A stretch of DNA of 64,000 nucleotides from Callorhinchus milii (lineage: Eukaryota), in assembly GCF_018977255.1 (NCBI RefSeq), contig NW_024704742.1, positions 39,868,001-39,932,000 of the forward strand. The letters are read 5' to 3'. Position 1 is the stretch's first letter; every line of letters begins with the position of its first letter. The notes under the pieces were generated by a model that was not told where the DNA came from, did not search any database, and saw only the letters and a program-made list of their open reading frames with translations. This document shows positions 49,170 to 60,702 of this stretch, one piece after another. A program made the translations under genes and the position numbers.

Positions 49170-49545
49170 CATAAGAAATTAGATACTTTTTGTTCAGCCA
49201 GGTGTCTTGACATATACCCATCACCACACTTAAAAATATACAAACCCGAATGAGAGTCCTGCATATGTATGCCATCTACATGTGAAAATTTCCCTGTGAG
49301 TGGAATGGAATGTGATCAGGGTCTGCCCCTCCGAGTCCTGCTGATGAGCCAGCCAAGTTGGTTAGTCTGTCATTAACACTGTCTTGGAGTCCTGTGGATC
49401 ACCTGGCTCAGGAACCGTACTGCCGAGAACAGCACAGAGAGTTGACCTGATTCCGCCATAGGTAACACCTTGGAGTCAGCTCAGCTCCAAGGAAACCCCA
49501 CTTACATCCACCAAGGAGAATAGTCACCAGTTAACAATCCCAAGG
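49170..49545 (+). repeat. Unrecognised interspersed repeat, copy 2
   Basis: ATACAAACCCGAATGAGAGT, GGAATGGAATGTG, CTGATGAGCCAG, CACAGAGAGTTG and CCAAGGAG are shared with copies 1 and 3. Confidence 0.7.
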
Positions 49546-49973
49546 GACTTAACAATCATCCACTTACATTGATTGTTCACCTTTCGACTGCTTGTGGGAC
49601 CAGGCTGTGCATGAAATCACTGTCGCCTGTGCCTCCAAAAATTAGTTAAGGGATATCAGCAAAGCACTTGGGGCATATGATGTCACAAGCTGCTATAAAA
49701 AGCAAGTTCTTGGCTACTTGTTGGATATTGCTGGCTGCAAATTGATTGCTGTGGTTTGCATATAAAATAGGTCACTACACTTTACAATAAATTCTGTGAA
49801 GTGCTTTGAGATATTATAGTACACTAGCTGTACCCGTTGCAGCTTCGCTTGCAACCAACAGATCTAATGTGGTATGTATATTGATGCACAGACAGACATT
49901 TCTTCTTTATCTATACTCAGCTGGGAGGACTCCTTTTGGGAAGACTCAGTGGGAGGACTCCTTTAATATATTT

Positions 49974-50202
49974 TCTCTCACAGTCTCTCTCAGTCTCGCT
50001 CTCTCTCTCTCAGTCTCTCTCTCAGTCTATCTCTCTCTCAGTCTTTCTCTGTCTCTCCTACAAAACACACAGTCACTTTATACTATATTCTCTCACAGTC
50101 TCTCTCTCTCTCTTTCAGTCTCTCCCGTAGTTTCTCTCTCTCTCTCTTGGTCCCTCTCTCTGTCACTATCTCAGTCTCTCTCTCGCTCTCCCCCTCTCTC
50201 TG
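49974..50202. repeat. (TC)n-rich microsatellite interrupted by CAGT
   Basis: Direct inspection. Confidence 0.9.
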
Positions 50203-50505
50203 CCTGTTCCTCATGGGCGGATTCTAGCTCCCATGGAAACCAGAAAAAAATGCCATACATTTGTTGCAGAATATAGATGTATCTCTGTAAACGGTTTGTG
50301 CTTTCCTCTGTTGCTATGTAGTTGCAGAATACAATGCATTCCTCATATTTTTGGGCTTAATTAAAGCATTTTTTAATATAGCTCATCAATGATAGGAGAG
50401 CAATCCCCCTCCCTAAACAAATATGCCCATGACACTGCCAGTTGCAACACCTTTCCAATGAGATATAAATCATGTCTCTACATCAATCAGTTATTACGTG
50501 AGTGT

Positions 50506-50506
50506 C

Positions 50507-50587
<81 letters not shown>
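50506..50587. repeat. (AGAC)n tetranucleotide microsatellite, about 20 units
   Basis: Perfect array. Confidence 0.97.
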
Positions 50588-51079
50588 CTTCGTTTTTATT
50601 ACTATACAGGATAGATTATCAGAAGGTATTGGCCCAAATGAACAGCAGAGGGAGCATTTATAAACAACCTGTCTACTGAGAACTGGCACTACGGCAAGAA
50701 GTTCAAGGATAAATTTCCTCCTATTTCCTTTCTAACTTACTCACTAAGTCCAAACTGTTTTACTAGCAAGTGACACAGCCACTTCTCTTTTGGATTCAAT
50801 ATTTTTTGAATTTCCTACATTGCAGAAACACTCATTAGCATTGCTGTAATCCTTAAAAGTGAAATAAATCTATTGCTTTCCAAAATGTCTACGTTAGTAT
50901 CACGCATCTGTGACAATGACTTTTTGTATATTTTGAACAATTACAGTGTCTCTATTCACGCACATGTTCAGTCAGGTCACTTTTTTCATCACAACAGCCC
51001 CTACGTGTCTACCTCATGCCCAATACGAAAGAAACCCTTTTTCATTTCTTTGTCACCTTTTTAGATACCCTCAAACCTC

Positions 51080-51470
51080 TCCAGGTCCACCTCAACCTCA
51101 TCCAAATCTCTGCCACCCAAACAAAATTTTACATGCTCACCAGTTCCGTCTTCAAGAGGGTCTACTCACTCCCTGTTTCCTAGTGGATTGACTTCAAGTT
51201 CCTCATCCTCACCTACAAGTCCGTTCCTGCCTTCGCACCTCCCTACCTATGTGATCTTTGCCAGCCTCACCCGTCTGCTTGCCATGTACACTCAGCAAAC
51301 TCTCTTTCAACCCTATGCCTCACCTACTTTCTACTTACCTACCCACCCATGCACTCACCAACCTATCTACTTATCTATTTCCTGCTCTCTCCCCCCCAGC
51401 CCCCCAAACCCCTCCCCCACTTTGGTGTCCACCACCATCCATGTGAAGGATGCAGGCTGCTGTTGTTACC
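51080..51470 (+). mobile_element. Degraded L2 3' fragment
   Basis: ATTGACTTCAAGTTCCTCATCCTCACCTACAAG (IDFKFLILTYK). Confidence 0.6.
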
Positions 51471-52407
51471 TTGGTGTATATGAAAACACTGTTTTGGAGT
51501 TACTTTCTCAATTACACTGACATATTGTATACCTCTAGATAAGACTCCTACTGACACTCCTCTTTCAAGGTTAGTAAACCTTGCCTTATCTAATCATTCC
51601 TCACAGCTCATACCTCCCAAACTGCTTATCAGCCTTGTTTTGCTTGCAGTTTAACTGTCTCATTAAATAAAACTGTACTCAGATGAACTATTGAGTACCT
51701 ACCGGCACATAGATTTTTATGAAGTTAAGGACTCATTTAAAGCCTTCATCTCAAAGTGAACTTATTACTGGCTATTATCTGTTATAAAGCTGTATGACTG
51801 AGGTAATTCTATGTGGAAGTGCCCACTATGTGGATTCTGTAACGTAAACTGTGAAACAACTTCAGGCTACCAATTAAACTCATAATAGAATCTATTAACC
51901 TGGAAAGTAGTATAAAATTATATTCAACAGACCTTTTATAATTCTAGTCAACTTAATGTGAATGAAGCTTTAGTGATTTCAATTGGAGGGTGAAATGACT
52001 TAATGACACAATTTTATTCCTTTTGGCCTATTTATAGTTGCAACGCTGAGAATTGGGTGGGTCCAATGTTGCAACTGAGAAAAACAGAACCTCTCAACTC
52101 AAATAGACACAGGCTGGTTGTGAAAACTTGAAAGGAGCACTGTGAGTCTCTGGGGAGCAAAGATATTAAAAGCTACTCTGAGATCCAGAATAAAAAGGCA
52201 TCTCTAATTAAAATATAAAATTAAAAGTTTTAAGAAACTGCATACAATTAGGCCTTAAAACAAGCCACATTTTCAACACTTAAATTACTGCTATTGCAGT
52301 ATTATATTCAAGAGAAAATTATAGAGATTTAGTGTTGTTAAGTGACTGTTAATCTGTCAACAGAATAATGAACAAAATTATACTGCATTTAGATTAATTA
52401 GTTTAGG

Positions 52408-52800
52408 TGACAGCCTGGGTCAGTTGGCAGCACTCTCACCTTTCATTTCAGAAGTTTCCTAATTCAAATTCTATAACAGGACTTTGAATCACATAGTCCA
52501 TGCTGAGCCAGGCTCCCCAATGCAGTGCTTGGGAAAGGGTTGCTGTATTGTCAAATTCCTTCAGATGAAACATTAACTGAAGTCCCATTTGCCTGTTCAA
52601 GTGAACATTAAAGATTCCATGGCATTATTCAAAAAAAAAGAAGTTTCTGCTAGTCAACAATTCCCCCAAATAAAATTGGTCATTTGCTTCATGGGTGCAA
52701 ATTGACTACCTCAAAATCCACAGTCACTATGCATTCCAGCAAATCCTTTGAAAAGTCCACCTGATATAAAAGGCACCATATCAAATGCAAGGTTTATGAT
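52408..52800 (+). mobile_element. Degraded SacSINE1-like DeuSINE
   Basis: CAGCCTGGGTCAGTTGGCAGCACTCTC head, TTCAGATGAAACATTAA, AAAGATTCCATGGC and tail. Confidence 0.8.
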
Positions 52801-52802
52801 TA

Positions 52803-52954
52803 CAGTAAACTCCTCTAACTCGACCCTGGCTTAACTTGTCACTACCACTTAAGTCATCATACTATATATTTCCTGGCCGCATTTAATTAGGAATTTAATT
52901 AACTCGCCACTGAGCCCTTTTCCCTTGGATTGACAAGTTATCAGTAGTTTACTG
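52803..52954. mobile_element. Tigger/pogo-like MITE (152 bp)
   Basis: TA|CAGTAAACTCCTCTAACTCGAC ... GACAAGTTATCAGTAGTTTACTG|TA: CAGT-type TIRs with TA TSD. Confidence 0.8.
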
Positions 52955-52984
52955 TAATATAATTCAAATAACACATCAAGTCAT

Positions 52985-53830
52985 ACTTGGGATTTGAACA
53001 TACTTGGGAATTGGGCAGATTAGTGGCAGATAAAATTCAATGTGGAGAAATGTAAAGTACCTCATATGGGGACTAAAAATCCTGGAAGGGACTATTATTT
53101 GAATGGAAGGAAAGTAATATGTATGGAAAATGAAAAGGACCTGGGTGTCCTGATTGACAATAAATTGAAGCTCTCCCAACAATGCTCTGTGTGAGTAAAG
53201 CAAACCAGATGTTGGGATGTATCAAAAGATCAATAGCAAACCGAAATACTGGGCGAATCCTGCCACTGTATAAATGTTTGTTGAGACCACACTTAAGAGT
53301 ACTGTGTACGGTTCTGGTCGCTGCAGTACAAAAAGGATATTGGATAAATCGAGAAGATACAGAGGTGGGCAACCAAAATGATTGAGGGAATGGAAGGACT
53401 AAACTATGAGGAGCGACTAAGTAAATTGGACATGTTCACGCTGTAAAAGATAAGATTGAGAGGTGTCATGATTGCTGTCTTTAAGATTCTAAAGGGGCTA
53501 CACAATATAGATCATGACGGCTGTTTCAGCTTGCCCAGAATAGCAAAACCATATGACACAGCCTGTGATTGAAGAGGGGTAAATTCTGAATGAATCTACG
53601 CAAACACTATTTCAGCGAGCGAATAGGGATCCTGTGGAACAGGCTCCCTAGGGAGTCGGTTGAAGCAGGAAGTGTTGATTCTTTCAAACACAAATTAGAT
53701 AGTTTTCTTTTAGGAAATAACATTATGGGATATAGTACATAGGTAGTTTGGGAGATATGTGCATTTGACCGCCAGGAAGGCGAACTAGATGGACCTTGAT
53801 CTTTTTTTGGCTAGCATTTCTTATGTTCTA
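52985..53830 (+). mobile_element. CR1 3' fragment (third subfamily)
   Basis: KFNVEKCKVPH, KANQMLGCIKRSI, LPLYKCLLRPHL and RLRGVMIAVFKILKG; distinct 3' UTR. Confidence 0.9.
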
Positions 53831-54245
53831 CATTCTTAAGTATAGTGTGCGCCACAAAATAAACATTTTACTATTTTCAAAATACCCCATAATTTGTAGG
53901 AAAATGAAACTACACCATTTTTCTAAATTAATAATACTATAATAATAACTTTCATTTTTACTGACCCTCTTTCACATAAAATAAATATCTCAAAATACTT
54001 TTCCAAATGTAATTGATTAGAAATGAATAAATGACTGTTGTTATGTAGGCAAATGTGGCAACTGAACTGTGCCAGTAATGTCCCATAAACAACAATAAGT
54101 TGAGTAGTCAAGTACAATATGGTTTTGTTACAATGCACTTCTTTATAGCACAGATTCAGTTATAACTCATTTACAGTGACGATCTAAGTCACTGCACATG
54201 CACTCAGCTGGTCTGTTCATTTCCTGCATTCTGGCCCAATCTTGC

Positions 54246-54363
54246 GCTAAAATGGCTGACTTTCGAGTTCTTAGGTCACCAGCAAGGTCACTTCCTGCAC
54301 ACTTATTGCATGGGAAGTGACATCGGCAAAGATCTGATGACCCAATAAGTCAGCCGATTTAGC
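54246..54363. repeat. Palindromic (hairpin) element, copy 1
   Basis: GCTAAAATGGCTGACT...GTCACTTCCTGCA / TGCATGGGAAGTGAC...AGTCAGCCGATTTAGC. Confidence 0.75.
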
Positions 54364-55225
54364 TTCCCATGCCAACTAAAAGGGTCAATTCCCACATCAT
54401 CAGAACGTTGCCAACATCACTTCCTGCAAGGCCTGCGCACATTTGCAGCTATTGTGAATTTGTGCACCTCTCCTTTAGTTTTACGTTTTAATCGGTTGAA
54501 TGTAATGTTGCATATAAAATGAGGAAAACTGTAGAAACAGAAACCTCTTTGTTCATAAAGTGGCTACTTCAGTTAATGGAAGTTCATGAGGGTGATTGCA
54601 CCCTAGGGAGCTTCTACTGTATCACAAGAACATTGTATAAATAATGAAAACAATAGCCTTTGGTTCTCTTTGTTTCTGGTATTGCTCGGATATATTACTT
54701 TCACTCATTAAAAATTGGAGTCATAAACACTGTCAGTGCAACTAGAGCTATACTGCTGCTCTCCGCTACAAGAGGAAGCTGAACTACCTTTTGTGGGCAT
54801 GTTTGTGTTCAAGGGTGATCCACTGTGAAATGGAAAACTCTTAAGCACTTTCTTAAGTTCATTCTACGTGAAAGGAACTGTGTGCAGGTTGTCCCATTTC
54901 AGACAGATCAGGTATAGAATGGGTTAGGGCTTTCCTGAATTCTGCTAGCAAAGTCCCTTAGACTAATAAGAATACCCCCTATCACACCAGGGTGACGTTT
55001 TCCATTTCCAACACCAGTCATCTTGTCAACCCTTTGACTTAGAGTCGTGCAATACAATTTATATTTATATAGTGCCTTTTACATCGGGAGGAGGTCCCAA
55101 AGTGCTTGACAGGGCATCAGAGCTGAGGGTGGGGAAGGGGGACATCTTGGGACAGGGGTGGCAGCAGAACATGCATGTGCATATTAGTCTCAGTTGAGGG
55201 GAAGTTCTATACTATGGTCCCACTG

Positions 55226-55594
55226 GGAGTCCTGTAGCTTAGTGGTTAGAGCACTTGTTTCGCAAGTGAGACAACCTGGGTTCGATTCCCGGGCAGGGCG
55301 AATTGTTGGCAAAGTTTTCTTACTCCACATGCCTCAGTTTTCCTTGCAGTAAATAGGAACCCAGTTGTTAGTCACATCGTTGTTTCAGGGGTAATAAACC
55401 CTTCCCCCCAAAAAATTAATAATTATTTGGTCACTTAATCCAAGACTGTTTGTGGGATGCTGCTGTTTACAACTGTCTGCTGTATTTTGCTCACAAAATG
55501 TACAGTCAATTCACTTTATAGTATATTCTGTGAAGCGCTTTGAGACATCTCAAATACGTGATGAGTCGTTATATCAAATGCAAGAATTATTATT
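55226..55594 (+). mobile_element. tRNA/Deu SINE, long-linker subfamily with a CORE-like segment
   Basis: Head with GGTTCGATTCC B box; TTGGCAAAGTTTTCTTACTCCACATGCCTCAGTTTTCCTTGCAGTAAATAGG; Deu motif; tail. Confidence 0.9.
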
Positions 55595-55834
55595 AGGAAC
55601 TAATTTGAGTTTCTAATTTGTTTCATATACAAACTTTAAAACTATTATACAGAGTTATGCTGTTCACCATCAGGATTTCCCAGTATCTGCTATACTCCTA
55701 GCGAAGGCTCAAACCTGAACTTGTCAAATGTCCAACAAGTGACTACACTCTTCGGGTGGTAATTCAACAACAACCACTTGCATTTATATAGTGCCCTTCA
55801 TGCGGGCTAGGGTCCCGGAGCAGTTCAAATTGGG

Positions 55835-56260
55835 GACTCTGTCGTTGATCTGGTTCCAAGGTGACGTGTCTAGCAATGGAATATCGGAAGCGAGTTGACC
55901 CTCTGTGGCAATCTTGGTCATCTGATTATTGAGCCAGGTGGGTCCATAGTGCTCTGAAGGACTTTTGATAACAGACTGGCTCATTGGCAGGACATAGAGA
56001 GATGAGGGCTGGGATTCCTCACACTCAGCTTCCGTTAACCGTGCAAGCCAAAGCCCTAATGGCTAGGTGCACCACTCCATTCCAGACATAGCACAATTTC
56101 ATTGTATGGGTGGCATGAATATGTGAAACTCTCAGTCAGGTTTGTATGCTGATGATGGGTTTCTGCATGGGTCAGACACTCGTTTGATCAAAAAAAAATC
56201 ACAGACAGAGGAGACTTTCCCTGAGGTCAATGAACAAGATCACTGAATCCCACAATCAAT
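55835..56260 (-). repeat. Unrecognised interspersed repeat, copy 3
   Basis: Reverse complement shares ATACAAACCTGACTGAGAGT, GCTTGCACGGTT, ATGAGCCAG and ACCAAGATTGCCACAGAG with copies 1 and 2. Confidence 0.7.
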
Positions 56261-57426
56261 CTGCACTCTTACTTCTAGGTTTAGTACCACAATCTAAGTC
56301 CGAAGGCCAAATAGTAACAAGCAAATCTAAGATGGTTTCTATCTCTTAGCTTCCATTTAGAGGTCCTATTTTGAATTCTTTGGGCCCAACTAGATTAGTG
56401 CTCCCAGTGAGCACATTTCACTCATACAATGGTTTGACAGTGAAGTTTTTCTCCATGTTACATTTTCACAAAGCTCTTCATAATAACATCTTCACTCGCA
56501 GAAAGCTGGCTTATTGTTTCCGTTCCCTTCAAGGCCTCTTAACCTGTATGAGTTGCTCTGCTTTTCAGGGAAACACAAAAGGTAGCAAACATGACAAGGA
56601 GGACAGAAATTCTGAAAGAGAACACAGGTGTTGGAGATTTAACCTCCTGCAATGTTAAAGAAAGCCAAGATCACCTAACATATTTCTCATCATTATATCA
56701 AGTTCTGTTTAACTTTGTGCATCATGTGTATCATTTTTGGATTTGCTGTCTTTTCATTGCAGCTCAATACAATACAGTTTATCATGCATGCTGTCCTCTC
56801 AAATGGTTTTAATTGTTTTGAGATTGGTGCATTCACACGGGACATTTTGTTTTATTTGTTTTGTCCTCCCTCATCATGTATCATTGTATTACTTTCTTAA
56901 CCACTTGTAGCATTCCATATAAACAACATTCTCGTTAATATATTTCATTTTCCATGTCGATTTCCTTGAATGAATGGGCTATTTCAACTATTCAGACATT
57001 CCTATCAATAAGCTTCCTGCTGGATTGAAGACTGGTATTGCTGCTGGCTCCCCTCAGTACCTTGGTGGTGTGGATCGTGGGCCAAATGCACTAGCACCTG
57101 GCAGACAGTTGTGGGACAACTTCCCGTGACTGTGTCAAAATAGCGTCTCAAGAGCTTCCCATCAGGTGGTGAGCTGAGAAGTCCAAACCACGCTTTAAGT
57201 AAGTGAGTGTTTTAATGCTTTGTTTATTATGGAGCAGGGATGAGTCCCATCCAACATTATTTAACATTATTGTTAACATTAAGAATTGAAGATTGGATGT
57301 CAAGTTAGTGGCTGGAGATTGTCTATTGATGCAGTTTATGTGAGTTAACCCACATGTGTGCGTACATATATAAGGTGGGTTCACATAAGGCAGGTGCTCT
57401 GTTGGTTTCAGCCGGCTTCCAGTGCC

Positions 57427-57563
57427 CTAAACAATGGCTTACTTCTGGGTCATCAGGTCACCACCAATGTCACTTCTTGCATGCCACACAGCCGAAAGGT
57501 GCAGGAAATGCTTTCACATGTGACATCCACAGTATCCTGATGGCCCAGAAGTCAATGTTTAGC
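57427..57563. repeat. Palindromic (hairpin) element, copy 2
   Basis: CTAAACAATGG..ACTTCTGGGTCATCAGG..ATGTCAC / GTGACAT..CCTGATGGCCCAGAAGTCAATGTTTAG; arm similar to 54246-54298. Confidence 0.75.
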
Positions 57564-59074
57564 TCGAAATTGCACAAGTAATTTCTCCTGTCCTGTGATT
57601 GGTGATCTTGGTAAGGAATTGCTGACTGGTGGCGACTTTAGATCATGCTTTGTTATAAGCTATTTAAATTGTATAGAATCCGACAGGTCTCGACAGTCCT
57701 ACAGTACATACACAGACAAAGTCTAATTGTCTTCTGATACACTCTGTCTACTATACATTTTAAGAATGGTGAGATACTAGAGGGTTCCCCTAGAACCAGT
57801 GTGAGTCATTACCTTCCAAAGATAAAGGGAAAGTAAAACATGAAGGAAATTGCATTTTTAAATCTTTTAAAAAATAATTTGGTTCTAGCTTTTATCAGCA
57901 TCCTTGGCTGTTTATAGCTTGCAAGTTGTCTGCCAGGTTCAGCCACAAGGTACATAGTCACTTCATGTTACAGAGTTTTGAGATATCTCGATGGCATGAC
58001 ACAGCGCTATCACAAATACAAGGATTATTATTATTCTAAAGGTCTGCCTTTGTTCCATAACAGGATTCTATGATGATTCTACCAATTATAGACTTGATTG
58101 GAGTGAGATGGATCAGAAATCTGTTTGTTTTTGCTCTTACCCCGTTCAGTAAGTATTGTTGACCAATCGCTCTAGGTTAAAGATGATGACTATTGGGAGG
58201 TAACCTATTGTCTAACCTTCTATCATTTCCACTGTGACCTGGCTCCTGGGCAGTGTATGAGATTATCCTCAAAACCGCATAATCTCTGACTTTTTCTTTT
58301 TTTTCCTTCATTGCAATGCATTCACCCACAAATACAGTTACTCCACTTCACAGTAAAATTCTTTGAAGCGCTTTGGGATGTCCTCCCGACGTGAAGGGCG
58401 CTATACAAATGTAATGTTGTTGTTGAAAGGCACTATAACAAATGCAAGGATTATTATTACTATTACGATCTTCCTTGAGCAACTCCACCAGAACAACATG
58501 GCTAAAATTGATATTAATATTGAAGACTGTGTAAGACTGATTCTACATTCTGCCACCTAACAAGCTGCATTAAAGATTTCCATGTTTTTAGACACTTTGT
58601 TATAGTTATATCAATATTACTCTTGAAGCAAAAAACTGTAAGTGGATGCATTGGGTTGAAATTTGCAATGTTTTATAATACTGTTTGTGGTAATTATTAT
58701 CAAGAACACATCATGGAATGCTGCAGATTTTACCCCAATAAATAAAACATTTTCACTTACTCTTCGATTCCTGAAACCATCTCCACATTTGGAATGCAGC
58801 TAGCATACTTCTAGACTCTTGAAAACTAAGTTTATATGTTCTGGGGAGGCAACCATTAGGCATTTTACATCAAATTACTTCTCCTTCTGGTGTGTGGTTC
58901 TCTGGTACTTTGTTAGCCAGATCTTGGCTAACAATCCCTGAGATAAAACATACATTGGTCATTCACTTTGTGCTTGTTTCTAGGTTATTGTTGTATATAA
59001 ATTGGCTGCGGCGCTCGCCAACAAATACAGTCACTACAATACAGTGATTACTTATAAAATGAAAGGCTCTGCTT

Positions 59075-59390
59075 GTGGAGTCCTGTAGCTCAGTGGTTAG
59101 AGCATTCGCTTTGCAAGCGAGAGACCTGAGTTCAATTCCAGGCAGGGCAAAACCTTGGGCAAGTTTACTCCACACAGAGCCTAATAATAATCCCTCCAAA
59201 AACAAAACAATGATAAATTGGTCATTTTCAATCTACGACTGTTTGTGGGACATTGCTGTGCGCAATTGGCTGCCGCGTTCGCCCACAAATATACAGTAAA
59301 TTCACTTTACAGTGTGTTCTGTGAAGCGCTTTGGGACGTCCTCCCGACGTGAAAAGCGCTATATCAAATGCAAGGATTATCATTATTATT
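59075..59390 (+). mobile_element. Full-length tRNA/Deu SINE, short-linker subfamily, inserted in an older DeuSINE
   Basis: Complete head-to-tail copy; older Deu sequence at 58960-59070 continues at about 59391-59445. Confidence 0.93.
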
Positions 59391-60369
59391 AAGTGTTCTG
59401 AGACATTTGGGCATTATTGGTGCTATACCACATGCAAGTATAATTACTGCTACTTGGTGCTGGCTAGTGATGTTGTGAGAATGTACTTTGTTGTGTGTGC
59501 ACAGAGCTCACCTCAGCCCCTGAGGGCAACAATTCGCAGCAGGAAATATAAATCAGGCTTCCTTCCCACTTTGAATCTTTCCACTTCTGGAAGCGATGTG
59601 GAATTGTTCAAGCAATATAAAAATGTCATTAGTCACAATGATTTAATGATTTGTGCCATGATTTATTAGCGAAAACTGTCAGTTTATGGTAATTATGTCA
59701 AAGGCAGAGTTAACAACAGCATAACCATCCTACTGTAAGCACTAAACAGGTGGTGATATTTCACAGACAGACCCATTGCGCCCCTAGTAATGTGTATACA
59801 TTTTTGTTTATAAAATAAAATGTGTTAATGATGTAATCTGACTCCTGTCTGACCTATGCAACCTGTATCATTTCCACAATGTACTTTTAACTGTCTTGAA
59901 ATGTTATTTTCAAACTTTGGAAAAGCTGTCATTCCATTGAAATGTGCAGTTGCAGTGGACCACAATAATGTTTAACAGACCCATTCCAATTAGTACAGTA
60001 CAACTGCCATCTTTTAGTGATTAACTGCATTGAAAACACCTTGAACTTTTCAGAAAAAAATAGAAGAGAACATTGTACAATTATGACTGGTAATAATTAT
60101 CCAAGTAGTCCAATTCTTTTTTTAAAACAGAACACTGATGCAATGCAAATAAAGAAATACTGGCATCACATTCAAGGACATTCAGTGTGTCCTCATAACA
60201 TAACAAAATCGTGAGTCCTGTCTGAATCTTGTTAATTAAATAGTGGATAATGTATATGAAGTGTTTAATGCTCAAACTGAGAGCGGAGTTGATAAAATAA
60301 TGAAAGGATTCGAGGTGGACATAAATAGGCTTGCTGGTGAGTTGAAAACACGGGGCATAACTATAACCA

Positions 60370-60702
60370 CTAGCAGATCTGTAAGAGAATTTAGCAGGCA
60401 AAGGGTGTTGATAATGTGAAACCTACTGCTGAAACCTGTGGTTGAAGTAGAAATTTAAGATGAAACTTGGTACATGCATGAGGGAAAATGGAATACAGAG
60501 ATATAAGAGGGACATAGGAAGAGGGGATTAGGTGGGGTCGAGGCTCCTATGGAATATAAACACTGGCATGGCCAGTTTTGGTGCTGTACAGTCTATGTAG
60601 ACCCCAGCTCGGGTCTGAAATGCTGTACTCTGTCCAGCGCCTTGGGATGTCCTCCCGACGTGAAAGGGCTATACATATGTTATCTTCTTGTTGTTGTTGT
60701 CG
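60370..60702 (+). mobile_element. CR1 3' end followed by an L2 tail
   Basis: GGAATATAAACACTGGCATGGCCAG (CR1 UTR), then CCAGCGCCTTGGGATGTCCTCCCGACGTGAAAGG...(GTT)n. Confidence 0.7.

Noticed and set aside
49806..50689. ORFs rich in SL, QTDR or LSVC repeats
   Set aside because: They are translations of (TC)n and (AGAC)n microsatellites.
56569..56660. Exon-like purine-rich stretch after ttttcag (GNTKGSKHDKEDRNSEREHR)
   Set aside because: No convincing donor and no recognisable protein similarity.
59075..59150. tRNA-Ala(TGC)-like genes at SINE heads (also 8770-8840, 19626, 40137, 63670-63741)
   Set aside because: The acceptor stem does not pair, there is no poly-T terminator, and each runs into a SINE body. 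They are SINE promoters, not tRNA genes.
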